DNA from: Candidatus Woesearchaeota archaeon
GTDB lineage: Archaea; Nanobdellota; Nanobdellia; Woesearchaeales; UBA525
DNA length: 49,410 nucleotides
Direction of reading: 5' to 3'
NCBI GenBank assembly: GCA_014874255.1
Contig: JACWAN010000015.1
Span: 1-49,410 of the forward strand
Below the pieces are notes generated by a model. That model ran no database searches. It was not told the DNA's origin and saw nothing but the letters and a program-made list of their open reading frames with translations. How positions within the stretch are numbered: position 1 is the stretch's first letter; each line of letters begins with the position of its first letter. The position numbers and the translations under genes are program-made. Below, in pieces: positions 17,090 to 25,089 of this stretch.

Positions 17090-17941
17090 ATGGCGATTGA
17101 CACCAGCTTCCTGAAGAGCCTCGACCGGCTGCAGCTCATCCTCAAGCGGAAGGTCCACGCCGACCTGCAGGGCCAGCACCAGGCGAGCGCGTTCGGCCAG
17201 GGACTCGTCTTCCAGGACTACAAGGCGTACGTCCCCGGCGACGACTTCCGGCACATCGACTGGAACATCTTCGCCCGCACGGACAAGTTCTTCATCAGGC
17301 GGTTCGAGGAAGAACGCAACCTGGTCGTCCACATCCTCGTCGACAGCTCCGGGTCGATGGACTACGGGAAGCAGACGACGAAGTTCGAGTACGCGGCGAT
17401 GATCGGGCTCGGCTTCTCCTACATGGCGATGCGCCGCAACGAGAGGTTCACCTTCGCCACGTTCACCGACACCGTCGAACGGCTCCCGCCGCGGAAGGGC
17501 GCGAACCAGCTCGTCAACATCCTCGAGTTCGCCCGTCGCCATAAGGTGAAGGGTCAGAGCAACTTCAAGGGGGCGATGGACGGCTACACGGACAGCATCC
17601 GCGGCCGCTCCCTCATCGTCCTGATCAGCGACTTTCTCTACGATCTGGAGGAGGTGCGCGACGTGCTGCACCGCTACCGGAAGAGCGAGGTCTTCGTCAT
17701 CCAGGTCCTCGACCCGGTGGAACGCGAACTGGCGCTGACGGGCGACGTCGTCCTCGAGGACTCGGAGACGAGCCAGAAGATGCGCACCTTCGTCTCGCGC
17801 CGCCTCAAGTCGGTGTACCAGGACAAGCTCACCGAACACATCTACAAGCTCAAGGACCTGTGCGAGGAGAACGACGCCGCGTTCGTCTCGGTCACGTCGG
17901 ACACCCCCATCTTCGAGACGTTCTACCACGTGCTGCGGTGA
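17090..17941 (+). CDS. DUF58 family protein (vWA-like MoxR partner)
   Basis: FQDYKAYVPGDDFRHIDWNIFARTDKFFIRRFEEE..ILVDSSGSM is the DUF58 signature. Confidence 0.88.
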   Translation: MAIDTSFLKSLDRLQLILKRKVHADLQGQHQASAFGQGLVFQDYKAYVPGDDFRHIDWNIFARTDKFFIRRFEEERNLVVHILVDSSGSMDYGKQTTKFEYAAMIGLGFSYMAMRRNERFTFATFTDTVERLPPRKGANQLVNILEFARRHKVKGQSNFKGAMDGYTDSIRGRSLIVLISDFLYDLEEVRDVLHRYRKSEVFVIQVLDPVERELALTGDVVLEDSETSQKMRTFVSRRLKSVYQDKLTEHIYKLKDLCEENDAAFVSVTSDTPIFETFYHVLR

Positions 17942-18327
17942 GCGAGGTCCCTGAATCGTCCGGTGGTCGCTTCGTTGAAGAAAACAATCGTTCCCATCCT
18001 CTCGAGCGGCACCCACTCGAGCACATACTCGTTCTCGGGACAATTCTGTTCCGCTTCTTCGCCGCCGAGCTTCACTATCCCTGAGAATTCCTTCACCGCG
18101 AAATAATGCGTGCGTTGCCGCTCGTCGTCGATGACGAACAGCCTCTCGCCCAATCCGACATCGAACGACGCCTCCTCCTTCGTTTCGCGCAGCGCGGTCT
18201 GCTCGGGCGTCTCACCCGCTTCCATGGTGCCGCCTGGCGCGACCCAGAACTCGCGGCCGCCCTTGAAGCGGTGGATCAGGAGCATCCTGCCGTCGCGGAC
18301 GATGATGATGCGGCTGCACTCGCGCAT
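17923..18327 (-). CDS. NUDIX hydrolase
   Basis: Near-canonical Nudix box GGTMEAGETPEQTALRETKEEASF. Its 3' end overlaps the DUF58 gene by 19 nt (convergent). Confidence 0.85.
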   Translation of the reverse strand: MRECSRIIIVRDGRMLLIHRFKGGREFWVAPGGTMEAGETPEQTALRETKEEASFDVGLGERLFVIDDERQRTHYFAVKEFSGIVKLGGEEAEQNCPENEYVLEWVPLERMGTIVFFNEATTGRFRDLAHRSTW

Positions 18328-18330
18328 CGT

Positions 18331-18801
18331 TCATCGTACTCGTCTGCGCCACCAACCGTCAAGATCGTGCGGAAGCATGACCTTGAACAGGGGCTTCTCG
18401 GTCTGCCATGGCAGCAGCCCTTCCTTCTCGAGCAGTCTCATGAGCCGCTGGTCGTCGCCTCCGAGTCGGTCGACGAGCTCTTCCTCCTCCACCCACTCCT
18501 TGTCGGCGTATCCGTCCCTCCTCGCTTTGTCCGTATGGACGAGATACAGGAAGTTGTTGTTGCCCGTCGCGATCTCGTTCTCATCCTTCTCGAAGAAGAT
18601 GCCCCTCGTCTTCAGTTCCGGGTGCCTGGTTCCAGTGAGGATCTCGACCGCCCGCTCGGCGCAGGGAAGGAGCGCCTCGTAATGCCGGAAGACGCAGCCG
18701 GGAAGACGGAGATGCGGGCCGTCCTCCGCGATGCGTCCCATCTCCGGCAGCGCGAGCACCGTCCCCTCGTATTCGATGAGGCAGATCGCAGCGTAGACCA
18801 T
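18331..18801 (-). CDS. Nudix-fold-like protein with degenerate Nudix box
   Basis: LPGCVFRHYEALLPCAERAVEILTG aligns to PGGx5Ex7REUxEExGU, but REUxEE reads RAVEIL (catalytic Glu residues lost). Abuts the herA stop with 0 nt gap, and lies 3 nt from the next Nudix gene. Confidence 0.55.
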   Translation of the reverse strand: MVYAAICLIEYEGTVLALPEMGRIAEDGPHLRLPGCVFRHYEALLPCAERAVEILTGTRHPELKTRGIFFEKDENEIATGNNNFLYLVHTDKARRDGYADKEWVEEEELVDRLGGDDQRLMRLLEKEGLLPWQTEKPLFKVMLPHDLDGWWRRRVR

Positions 18802-20334
18802 CTATCCCAGCCCTGGATAGGCGCGCTTGATCGGTTTCGCGTCTTTCTTCTCTTCCTTGACCAAATCCTCGAACAACGGCACCTTCACAGGGAGGGCGAA
18901 CGGGGCGAACGTGCTCGTCACGACGGCTTCGCCCTTGTCGAGGGAGGCGATGGCGCGGTCGTCCTGCGACAGGTCTTGCGCCGCGCTCTCGATGATGGCC
19001 TGCCGCTCCGGTTTCATCTCCAGCCCCAGGATGATCTTCGTGTTCATGTTCGCGAGCACTTGCCGCGGGATCAGCGACGGCAGCTGCGTGATGGCGATGA
19101 GGCCGACCTTGAACTTCCTCCCTTCACGGGCGATCGTGGAGAAGATGTTCCTCCCCGCTTCGAGGACCTCGTTCCCCAGCACCCTGGGCGCTTCCTCGAG
19201 GACGATGGACGCGACCGGCAACGATTTGAGCGTGTCGTCGAGCTTCGCCCGTTTGTACGTCCGGAACAGCTCCGTGGCGATCATGCTGCCGACGAGGATC
19301 TCTTCGCGGCCGTCGAAACCGGAGGTGTCGACGACGACGATCTTCCCCTTCGTGATGGCGTTGCAGATGTCCGTGATGGTGGTCGCGCCCGCGTTCAGCT
19401 TGAAGACGCCCTCGCAGCTGAGCCGTTCGCCGTCCCACGAAAGCGAGAGGAGGTCCATGACCCTGCGGCGGACGACGCCGAGCGTGCCTTCGTGGTACTT
19501 GTTCTCGAGCGGCTTCTCCAGCACGACCGCTTCCACCCACTCGTTCCCGTACTTCTTCCAGTACGCGTTGAGCGCCTCCTGCTGCGGCGGGCTCCACGCG
19601 ACCGCGCCGTCGAAGTGGCCGGGCCGGACGTCGTTGAGGCTGAACGCCAGGGTGTTGGTGCCGGGCAACGGCTCCGTGCTGTAGTAGAGGATCTTCTCCT
19701 TCGCCCGAGGGTGATCCTTCAGCCCGGGCTCCGCGTTGTAGTACTCGTCGTGCGGGTCCAGGACGAGCATGCCGGCGTACTCCTCGCTGGCGAGCTTCCA
19801 CAGCAGGCACTTGAGCAGGTTCGACTTGCCCCTTCCGGTGGTCGCGGGGATGAGGAGATGGTGGCTGAGCGCGTCCGCGCCGTCGAGGAACAACGGCACA
19901 GGGAGGACCTTCGAGCCGGAGCGGAGATTCCCCAAGAAGAGCGGGTTCTTCGGCTTCGTCAGGAAGGAGAGGTCGTCCGGCGTCACTTCGCGCAGCTCGC
20001 TGAAGAAGCCGGGCAACGTCTTGGATGATCTCGGTCTTTGTTTTGTACCGGGTAATGTGATGAGGCTCTGGAGTCTTGCTAAGGTATAATTCCTGAGCGC
20101 CGGATCCATGAACTCCAGGGAGGAGCCCTCTTCCAGCCGCATCCCGCTGACGAACTCGAGGTTCTGCTCGCTCACCTGGCTGCCGTAGAAGAGGTCGTAC
20201 ACCTGCATCAAGGTCTTCGATTCAGAAGATTCGGCGACGAGGAGCTCGCCGATCTCCAGCTCTTCGGTCGTCTTCTGCCGCGCGACGAGCTCGCCGAACC
20301 CGCCGCTGATGACCAGCCCCTTGACCCCCACCAT
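18802..20334 (-). CDS. herA: HerA-like (DUF87/FtsK-HerA superfamily) ATPase
   Basis: Walker [21 protein letters not shown], Walker [35 protein letters not shown]-like box at 20356-20366, about 27 nt upstream. Confidence 0.85.
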   Translation of the reverse strand: MVGVKGLVISGGFGELVARQKTTEELEIGELLVAESSESKTLMQVYDLFYGSQVSEQNLEFVSGMRLEEGSSLEFMDPALRNYTLARLQSLITLPGTKQRPRSSKTLPGFFSELREVTPDDLSFLTKPKNPLFLGNLRSGSKVLPVPLFLDGADALSHHLLIPATTGRGKSNLLKCLLWKLASEEYAGMLVLDPHDEYYNAEPGLKDHPRAKEKILYYSTEPLPGTNTLAFSLNDVRPGHFDGAVAWSPPQQEALNAYWKKYGNEWVEAVVLEKPLENKYHEGTLGVVRRRVMDLLSLSWDGERLSCEGVFKLNAGATTITDICNAITKGKIVVVDTSGFDGREEILVGSMIATELFRTYKRAKLDDTLKSLPVASIVLEEAPRVLGNEVLEAGRNIFSTIAREGRKFKVGLIAITQLPSLIPRQVLANMNTKIILGLEMKPERQAIIESAAQDLSQDDRAIASLDKGEAVVTSTFAPFALPVKVPLFEDLVKEEKKDAKPIKRAYPGLG

Positions 20335-20355
20335 CCCGGCACGGAGCGAACGGAC

Positions 20356-20366
20356 ATTTTTAAAGG
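20356..20366 (-). promoter_or_regulatory. TATA-like box of the herA operon
   Basis: The minus strand reads CCTTTAAAAAT, about 27 nt upstream of ATG 20334. Confidence 0.5.
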
Positions 20367-20384
20367 TTCACCTCGACGACACTG

Positions 20385-20550
20385 CCGACGCCGCCTTGGA
20401 ACGAGACCTGGGCGCGAGGATGGCGAACAGCAGCGAGCCATGATCCTGAGCGCCCGGCAAAGTCTCGGACCGGATGGGAGGCTCGGCTTCGAAGAAGCAG
20501 AGGATCAGAAGCTCGAAGAGCGACTGAGAACCGAATCTCCGCGGCGTCGG
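20385..20550 (+). repeat. Family-B repeat, L plus one diverged R module
   Basis: Closing helix CCGACGCCGC / GCGGCGTCGG. CCTTGGAAC..GAGCGCCCGGCAAAGTCTCGGACCGGATGGGAGG..GAGCGACTGAGAA. Confidence 0.8.
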
Positions 20551-20713
20551 CGGACGTAACGTTTTGTGTCTTATCCTTCTTGCTTCCCCTGCCTTCCCGG
20601 CAGCCAGGATGCCCGGGGTGGGCCTCCCCGACGCCTGCCTTTTAAAGGAACAAGGCTTAAATACTCAGTTTCCCATCATCGTTCGGCGCCCGCAAGGCGG
20701 ACAAGGTGAGACC

Positions 20714-21067
20714 ATGGTACGAGAGAACGCCGACATCATCATGCGGTGCGGCAGGTGCAGCCAGCAGGTCCCGATGAGCCAGATGAAGTACGGCAAGGAC
20801 GGCAAGATGCTCCTCTGCCCGGCATGCAGGGGCGAATCGCCGCAGCAGCAGGCACGGCAGCAGCCGAAGCCGGCAGTGTCGCCGACCGTGTCGCGCGAGC
20901 TGCACGAGGCGACCGGCCCCGTGACCCGGTACAAGTGCACGAGCTGCGGCTACAACTTCACGCGCAGGAACATCAAGCCGGAGAAGTGCCCGTACTGCGG
21001 CAAAGCATCCGTCACCGAGCTCTCCAAGATCTCGAGCGGCAAGCTCCTCGACGACGACGTGGATTGA
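20714..21067 (+). CDS. Double zinc-ribbon protein
   Basis: CGRC..x17..CPAC and CTSC..x14..CPYC. GGTGA lies 5 nt upstream of ATG 20714. The ORF-track start 20564 was rejected. Confidence 0.65.
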   Translation: MVRENADIIMRCGRCSQQVPMSQMKYGKDGKMLLCPACRGESPQQQARQQPKPAVSPTVSRELHEATGPVTRYKCTSCGYNFTRRNIKPEKCPYCGKASVTELSKISSGKLLDDDVD

Positions 21068-21074
21068 GCAAGAA

Positions 21075-21150
21075 CCTTTTTTTTCTAATCCTTTTCCCTC
21101 TTCTTCCTTCTCGTCCCTTCCTCCTTCTTCTCCCTTCCGTCTTTTCCTAT
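21075..21150 (+). terminator. Pyrimidine-rich tract 3' of the zinc-ribbon gene
   Basis: CCTTTTTTTTCTAATCCTTTTCCCTCTTCTTCCTTCTCGTCCCTTCCTCCTTCTTCTCCCTTCCGTCTTTTCCT. T8 run 10 nt after the stop codon. Confidence 0.5.
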
Positions 21151-21162
21151 CATCTAATCCTG

Positions 21163-21496
21163 AGGGAATGCCTCTTTGGAGCAGGACCAGAAATCGTGCC
21201 GATTCGCACGGAAGCAGAGCTTCCCCAGGAGCTTCGCTCCGGGAACCCGAACGCCTCGCGTTCTATAGGGTTCCGGCGTCCCGACGTTGCCGTCGTGGGC
21301 ATGCAGGCACGATTTCGCAATGTCCCGGATCGGAGGGAGGTTCCGGCTCTGTAGAGGCGGAACCCGGGAACCACGAGCCAGACGAGCGGGTCAGGAGTGC
21401 GAGCGACTGAACGAAGTGACTGAGACTCTGGTTCAAAGAACCGGAGGGTCAGGAGCTCAGAGAGTGACTGAGGGCGATTTCTCCGCGGCATTCCTC
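21163..21496 (+). repeat. Family-B repeat, long form (extended L plus two R modules)
   Basis: Closing helix GAGGGAATGCC / GGCATTCCTC. The extended L is shared with the copy at 49239. Two GGGTCAGGAG..GAGCGACTGA modules. Confidence 0.85.
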
Positions 21497-21546
21497 GGAT
21501 TTTAGATAGAATCCCACTCTTTAGCTTGAGAGTTTTTTCTTGACGC

Positions 21547-22200
21547 TCAGAGGTGCTTCAGGATCTCCCATAAGTCCTTCTTCCGGACGACGACGTCCGC
21601 GGCTGCGGCGACCTTCTCGCTCTTCGGGCAGAACGCGATGCCGAGGCCCGCCTCCTTGAGGATGTCGATGTCGTTCTCGCCGTCGCCGACGAAGACCGCC
21701 TCGCTCAGCGGGATCCTCTCGCGTTCGCAGATCGCGTGCAGCGCCTTGTGCTTCGTCCCTGCGTCGAAGACCGTCGCCTTCCAGTCCTTGATCCTTCCTT
21801 CCTTGTCGAACGAGATCTCGTTCACGAAGACGTCGTCGAACGGATGGTCGGGGAACAGGGTGTCGATGAGGATGCCGAGCGAGCCGCTGATGACCGCCAG
21901 CTTGTAGCCGCGCGTATGCAGCTCAAGGGCTGTCTTGCGCGCACCGGGCAGCAGCTCGTGCGTCCGTGCGACGCGCTCCAGGTCCGCCTTCGTGAAGCCG
22001 CAGTCCTTGAAACCGCCGACGTCGAGATCGACCCACCTCTCGTGGCTCAGCTTCCCCTCCTGGAAGAGCCGGGTTCTCTCTTTCTGGACGGTCTTTCCCC
22101 GTTCCCCTTCCAGGGCCGCGTGGAGCCGCTCCCAGTACTTCCCGCCCTCGTCCGAGATGAGGGTGCCGTCCACGTCGAAGCAGACCAGCTTGTATTTCAT
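21547..22200 (-). CDS. HAD-superfamily hydrolase, phosphoserine-phosphatase-like (subfamily IB)
   Basis: Motif I CFDVDGTL, motif IV VGDGENDI. Start chosen at MKYKLVCFDVDG, with a TATA-like box about 25 nt upstream. Confidence 0.82.
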   Translation of the reverse strand: MKYKLVCFDVDGTLISDEGGKYWERLHAALEGERGKTVQKERTRLFQEGKLSHERWVDLDVGGFKDCGFTKADLERVARTHELLPGARKTALELHTRGYKLAVISGSLGILIDTLFPDHPFDDVFVNEISFDKEGRIKDWKATVFDAGTKHKALHAICERERIPLSEAVFVGDGENDIDILKEAGLGIAFCPKSEKVAAAADVVVRKKDLWEILKHL

Positions 22201-22245
22201 GCACGTCGAGAGCGCGGGGCGCTTTAAGAAGGTTGCCCTACTCCT

Positions 22246-22409
22246 GGCTCTTAGGCAAATTCGCCTCCGGCGGTGTCGCCGGCTGCTCAGCAATCGCTGT
22301 TCTCTTCGAGAGGCCTCGTCCCCGTAGGGGGCATCCCCCTCCTCGGCCTCTACTCGTTTCTTCTCATGCCTCGCCCTTTGGCCGGCGACACGCCATTTTC
22401 CTAAGAGCC
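22246..22409 (-). mobile_element. Family-A MITE (164 bp)
   Basis: TIRs GGCTCTTAGGCAAAT / ATTTTCCTAAGAGCC. 8/9 TSD: CCTACTCCT (22237-22245) versus CCTACTCTT (22410-22418). Confidence 0.85.
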
Positions 22410-22410
22410 C

Positions 22411-23466
22411 CTACTCTTCTTCGAGCGCGTCGAGGATGTGGCCGTACGCCCGGTGCAGGGCACCATGGACGCGTTGGCGGGATATGCCGTGCTTCTTGCC
22501 TATGTTTTCGAGAGAGGCGTACGCCTTCCCGTGCCGCTCCTTGAACATCGTGCGCTGGACCTCGCTCTTGAGCCTCTCGGCCGTCTTGAAGATGAGGGGC
22601 AGATACTGCTCGTTCAGGTATTTCTCCGGAAACGGCAACGGCACCGGTTCTCGCGGCTTCGGCGGATCCCGTCGTCCGGGATGCCGCAGCCCGTCCCGCG
22701 TCTTCCAATGGCTGTGCGGTTCCTCTCCGTTCTCGTCTACCGCCGCCCAGAGATTCGCGTTCGACTCCAGCCTGCGCGCCATGATCCGTTCGAGGAACGA
22801 GCGGTAGCTTTCGCGTCCTGGCTCATAGAGGTCGAATGCGTGCTCGATCTTCTTCTTGGCGGACTCCTTGAGGATTAGTCGCCGACGGGCCCGCTCGTCC
22901 CCGGTCCCTTCAGGGAATGCCTGTGCCTCCGCTTTTCCGACGAGGAAGTCGAGATAGTCTTCCATGAGTTCAAGCGTCCGTCCGCGGGCGTGCAGGTACT
23001 CCTTCAGGACGTCGCCGTAGGGCGTCCTCGCGAACGGTCCGCGGTGGATCGTTCCTCTCCCCAACAGGGGCGTCCCGGCGAGCATCGTCTCCATCCCCGC
23101 TCCGGATGGGTCGATGAGCGAGAAGCATTCTTCGAGATTTGTCTCCTGCTTGAAGAGGAGGTCGCGGATCGTGTTCCGGGATGGCGTGTCCTTCGGGTCG
23201 AACTCCTCGTACGTCTCCCAGAGCGCGTCGAACGCCGTCTTCGCGAGCGTCTTCTCGACGCGATACCCTTTCCCGTCGCGGGCCGGGACGAAGAGCGGCT
23301 GGTACTGGAATGCCTTGTTGACCTCGCGGAAGAGCGGCGCTGCCGCCTCGGGCTGCTGGATGAGGAGCTGCGCCGCGTACGCCCGCGCGTTAATCGCGGT
23401 GCGAGCGAGCGAGACGATCTCGTCCTTGATCCGGTAGTAGCATACCCCGTCGAATCGTTCGTTCAT
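22411..23466 (-). CDS. Hypothetical protein with C-terminal sigma-70 region-4-like HTH
   Basis: C-terminus ASLENIGKKHGISRQRVHGALHRAYGHI resembles the sigma70_r4 pattern (..IA..lGvSreRVrqi..rAl). The roughly 290-aa N-terminal region is not recognised. Confidence 0.55.
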   Translation of the reverse strand: MNERFDGVCYYRIKDEIVSLARTAINARAYAAQLLIQQPEAAAPLFREVNKAFQYQPLFVPARDGKGYRVEKTLAKTAFDALWETYEEFDPKDTPSRNTIRDLLFKQETNLEECFSLIDPSGAGMETMLAGTPLLGRGTIHRGPFARTPYGDVLKEYLHARGRTLELMEDYLDFLVGKAEAQAFPEGTGDERARRRLILKESAKKKIEHAFDLYEPGRESYRSFLERIMARRLESNANLWAAVDENGEEPHSHWKTRDGLRHPGRRDPPKPREPVPLPFPEKYLNEQYLPLIFKTAERLKSEVQRTMFKERHGKAYASLENIGKKHGISRQRVHGALHRAYGHILDALEEE

Positions 23467-23567
23467 CACTATTGAGTAGTCTTTACGTATTCAAAAAGGT
23501 TGTGTTCAAGGGGTGAGAGTAGCATACTGCCCGTTACGTTTGCTGTCATAAACATCCGACGGAGGGG

Positions 23568-23630
23568 GTGGTTTCAATAGAAACCACATGGTTTCCAAAA
23601 AGTTCATTCGGTTCTCGCCGAAACCGGTTT
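23568..23630. promoter_or_regulatory. GGTTTC/GAAACC half-site array (candidate operator)
   Basis: GTGGTTTC-AATA-GAAACCAC perfect hairpin (23568-23587), GGTTTC at 23590-23595, and the palindrome AAACCGGTTT at 23621-23630. Lies in the divergent promoter region between the HTH protein and 2PGK-like genes. Confidence 0.5.
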
Positions 23631-23808
23631 GTATGGTGAAGAAGCGACGTCCTCCTAAGAGCGGACGCGCTCTCCATCGCCGAGGCCTGCTTCGAGCCGC
23701 TCTCCGACAGGGTGATGGACGAGCAGGGCGCTTAAGATTAATCTGACACGCTTAAAAATTACTACTTGAAAGTTAAAATTTATAAATCTCTTTTCTTCCC
23801 AAGTTAGT

Positions 23809-24459
23809 GTGGAACAGCCAATCATCCTCGTCGGAGGCGGAACGGGGGTCGGCACTTCGCGTCTTTCGTTCGAGTTAGCATCCTATCTCGGAATCAACTC
23901 AGTCACGAGTACCGACGCCATACGGGAAGTCGTGCGTACCGTCATCCACCACGCCATCAATCCTGCGCTCCAAGGCTCGACATATCTCGCCGGCAAGACC
24001 GAGCACTACGCCGAGAAAACGGCCGGCGTCCAACGCGCGGAGATACTGCGCGGTTACAAGAACCAATGTTCTGCCGTCTGGGTCGGTATCGAAGGTCTTC
24101 TCGAACGCGGCTTTAAGGAGAGCATCCCTCTCGTCATCGAAGGCATCCATCTGCGTTCTGGTTTTGTGAGCGAGACACGACATTACCAGTCCTTCAAGGA
24201 CCGTCTCCTCGAATACGCGATCTTCATCAGCGACGAGGAGGTCCATCGGCAACGTTTTCTCGCAAGACAAGAGGAGGCTCCCGGCCGTCCGATGGAGAAA
24301 TATACCTCGAACTTCCGTGAGATACGGTGGATCCACGACTATCTCGTCGACCGCGCAAAAAGGTTTCCGAGCATCGTCCTAATCGACAATGTCGGTTCGG
24401 TGGAGGAGACAAAGAGGAAGGTCGTACGCGCATACTACGAACGATTCCCTCATTCCTGA
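23809..24459 (+). CDS. 2-phosphoglycerate kinase-like P-loop kinase
   Basis: ILVGGGTGVGTSRLSFELASYLGINSVTSTDAIREVVR matches my memory of the 2PGK N-terminus. GTG start lies 26 nt from the TATA-like AATTTATAAATC at 23777-23788. Confidence 0.6.
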   Translation: MEQPIILVGGGTGVGTSRLSFELASYLGINSVTSTDAIREVVRTVIHHAINPALQGSTYLAGKTEHYAEKTAGVQRAEILRGYKNQCSAVWVGIEGLLERGFKESIPLVIEGIHLRSGFVSETRHYQSFKDRLLEYAIFISDEEVHRQRFLARQEEAPGRPMEKYTSNFREIRWIHDYLVDRAKRFPSIVLIDNVGSVEETKRKVVRAYYERFPHS

Positions 24460-25025
24460 ACAAACTCTGCGCCTTTCGGCCGGCCTTCCGTCAGTTCCCC
24501 TTCGGCAATCGCCGTATGACTGATGCGCATGTTCAGATTGTCGCGAAGCGCTTCTCGCCGTAAGAACGAGACCAGGGCGCGGATGCAACCTGCGTGAGTG
24601 ATGATAAGCACGTGTTTGTGCTTCTTCTCGAGCCTCTTGACGAATGACACCGCTCTCTGTGCGAGTTCGTCGAAACTCTCCCCTCCCGGGTTCTTGAAGG
24701 AAACGTCTTGATGATAACGCGGATATTGTCCCTTCATGTCGTCCTTTTTCCGTCCAGCAAGCTCTCCGTAGTCTATCTCGCGGAGCTCCTTATGGAACGC
24801 CAGCGGCGGCGCATGTCGCAGGCAGCCGCGTATGATTTCCGCAGTCTCTTTTGCCCGTGGGAGGTCGCTCGAGACTATCGCGTCGAAACGTTCCTCGGTC
24901 AGCCTCTTTCCGACAGCGGCCGCTTCCCTCCGTCCTTTTGCAGAGAGCGGAGTCCCGAGATGGCCGATGATGACGCTTTCCTCGTTCATCGCCGTCGAGC
25001 CGTGCCTGACGAGGGTCACCTTCAT
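24450..25025 (-). CDS. Histidine phosphatase (phosphoglycerate mutase-like) family protein
   Basis: MKVTLVRHGSTAMNE (RHG motif), ..ITHAG. Its 3' end overlaps the 2PGK-like gene by 10 nt. Confidence 0.85.
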   Translation of the reverse strand: MKVTLVRHGSTAMNEESVIIGHLGTPLSAKGRREAAAVGKRLTEERFDAIVSSDLPRAKETAEIIRGCLRHAPPLAFHKELREIDYGELAGRKKDDMKGQYPRYHQDVSFKNPGGESFDELAQRAVSFVKRLEKKHKHVLIITHAGCIRALVSFLRREALRDNLNMRISHTAIAEGELTEGRPKGAEFVQE

Positions 25026-25089
25026 GCTCGCAAAAAAGAGAAGGGCCTATTTATGTTGTTCGGCAGGCGGGGTCTCTCTGACCATCGGC

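Noticed and set aside
22233-22544. Recurrent peptide LLGKFASxGVAGCSA in ORFs 22233..22544(+) and 8136..8666(-), which could suggest a small conserved protein.
   Set aside because: The similarity is a translation artefact of family-A repeat DNA. Stem covariation and reading-frame breaks between copies argue against coding.
22411-25025. Integrated provirus or plasmid interpretation of the lower-GC islet.
   Set aside because: No integrase, att-like direct repeats, tRNA target, capsid gene or replication gene is visible. Only compositional deviation and one unusual HTH protein support foreign origin, so it is reported only as a possible HGT islet.
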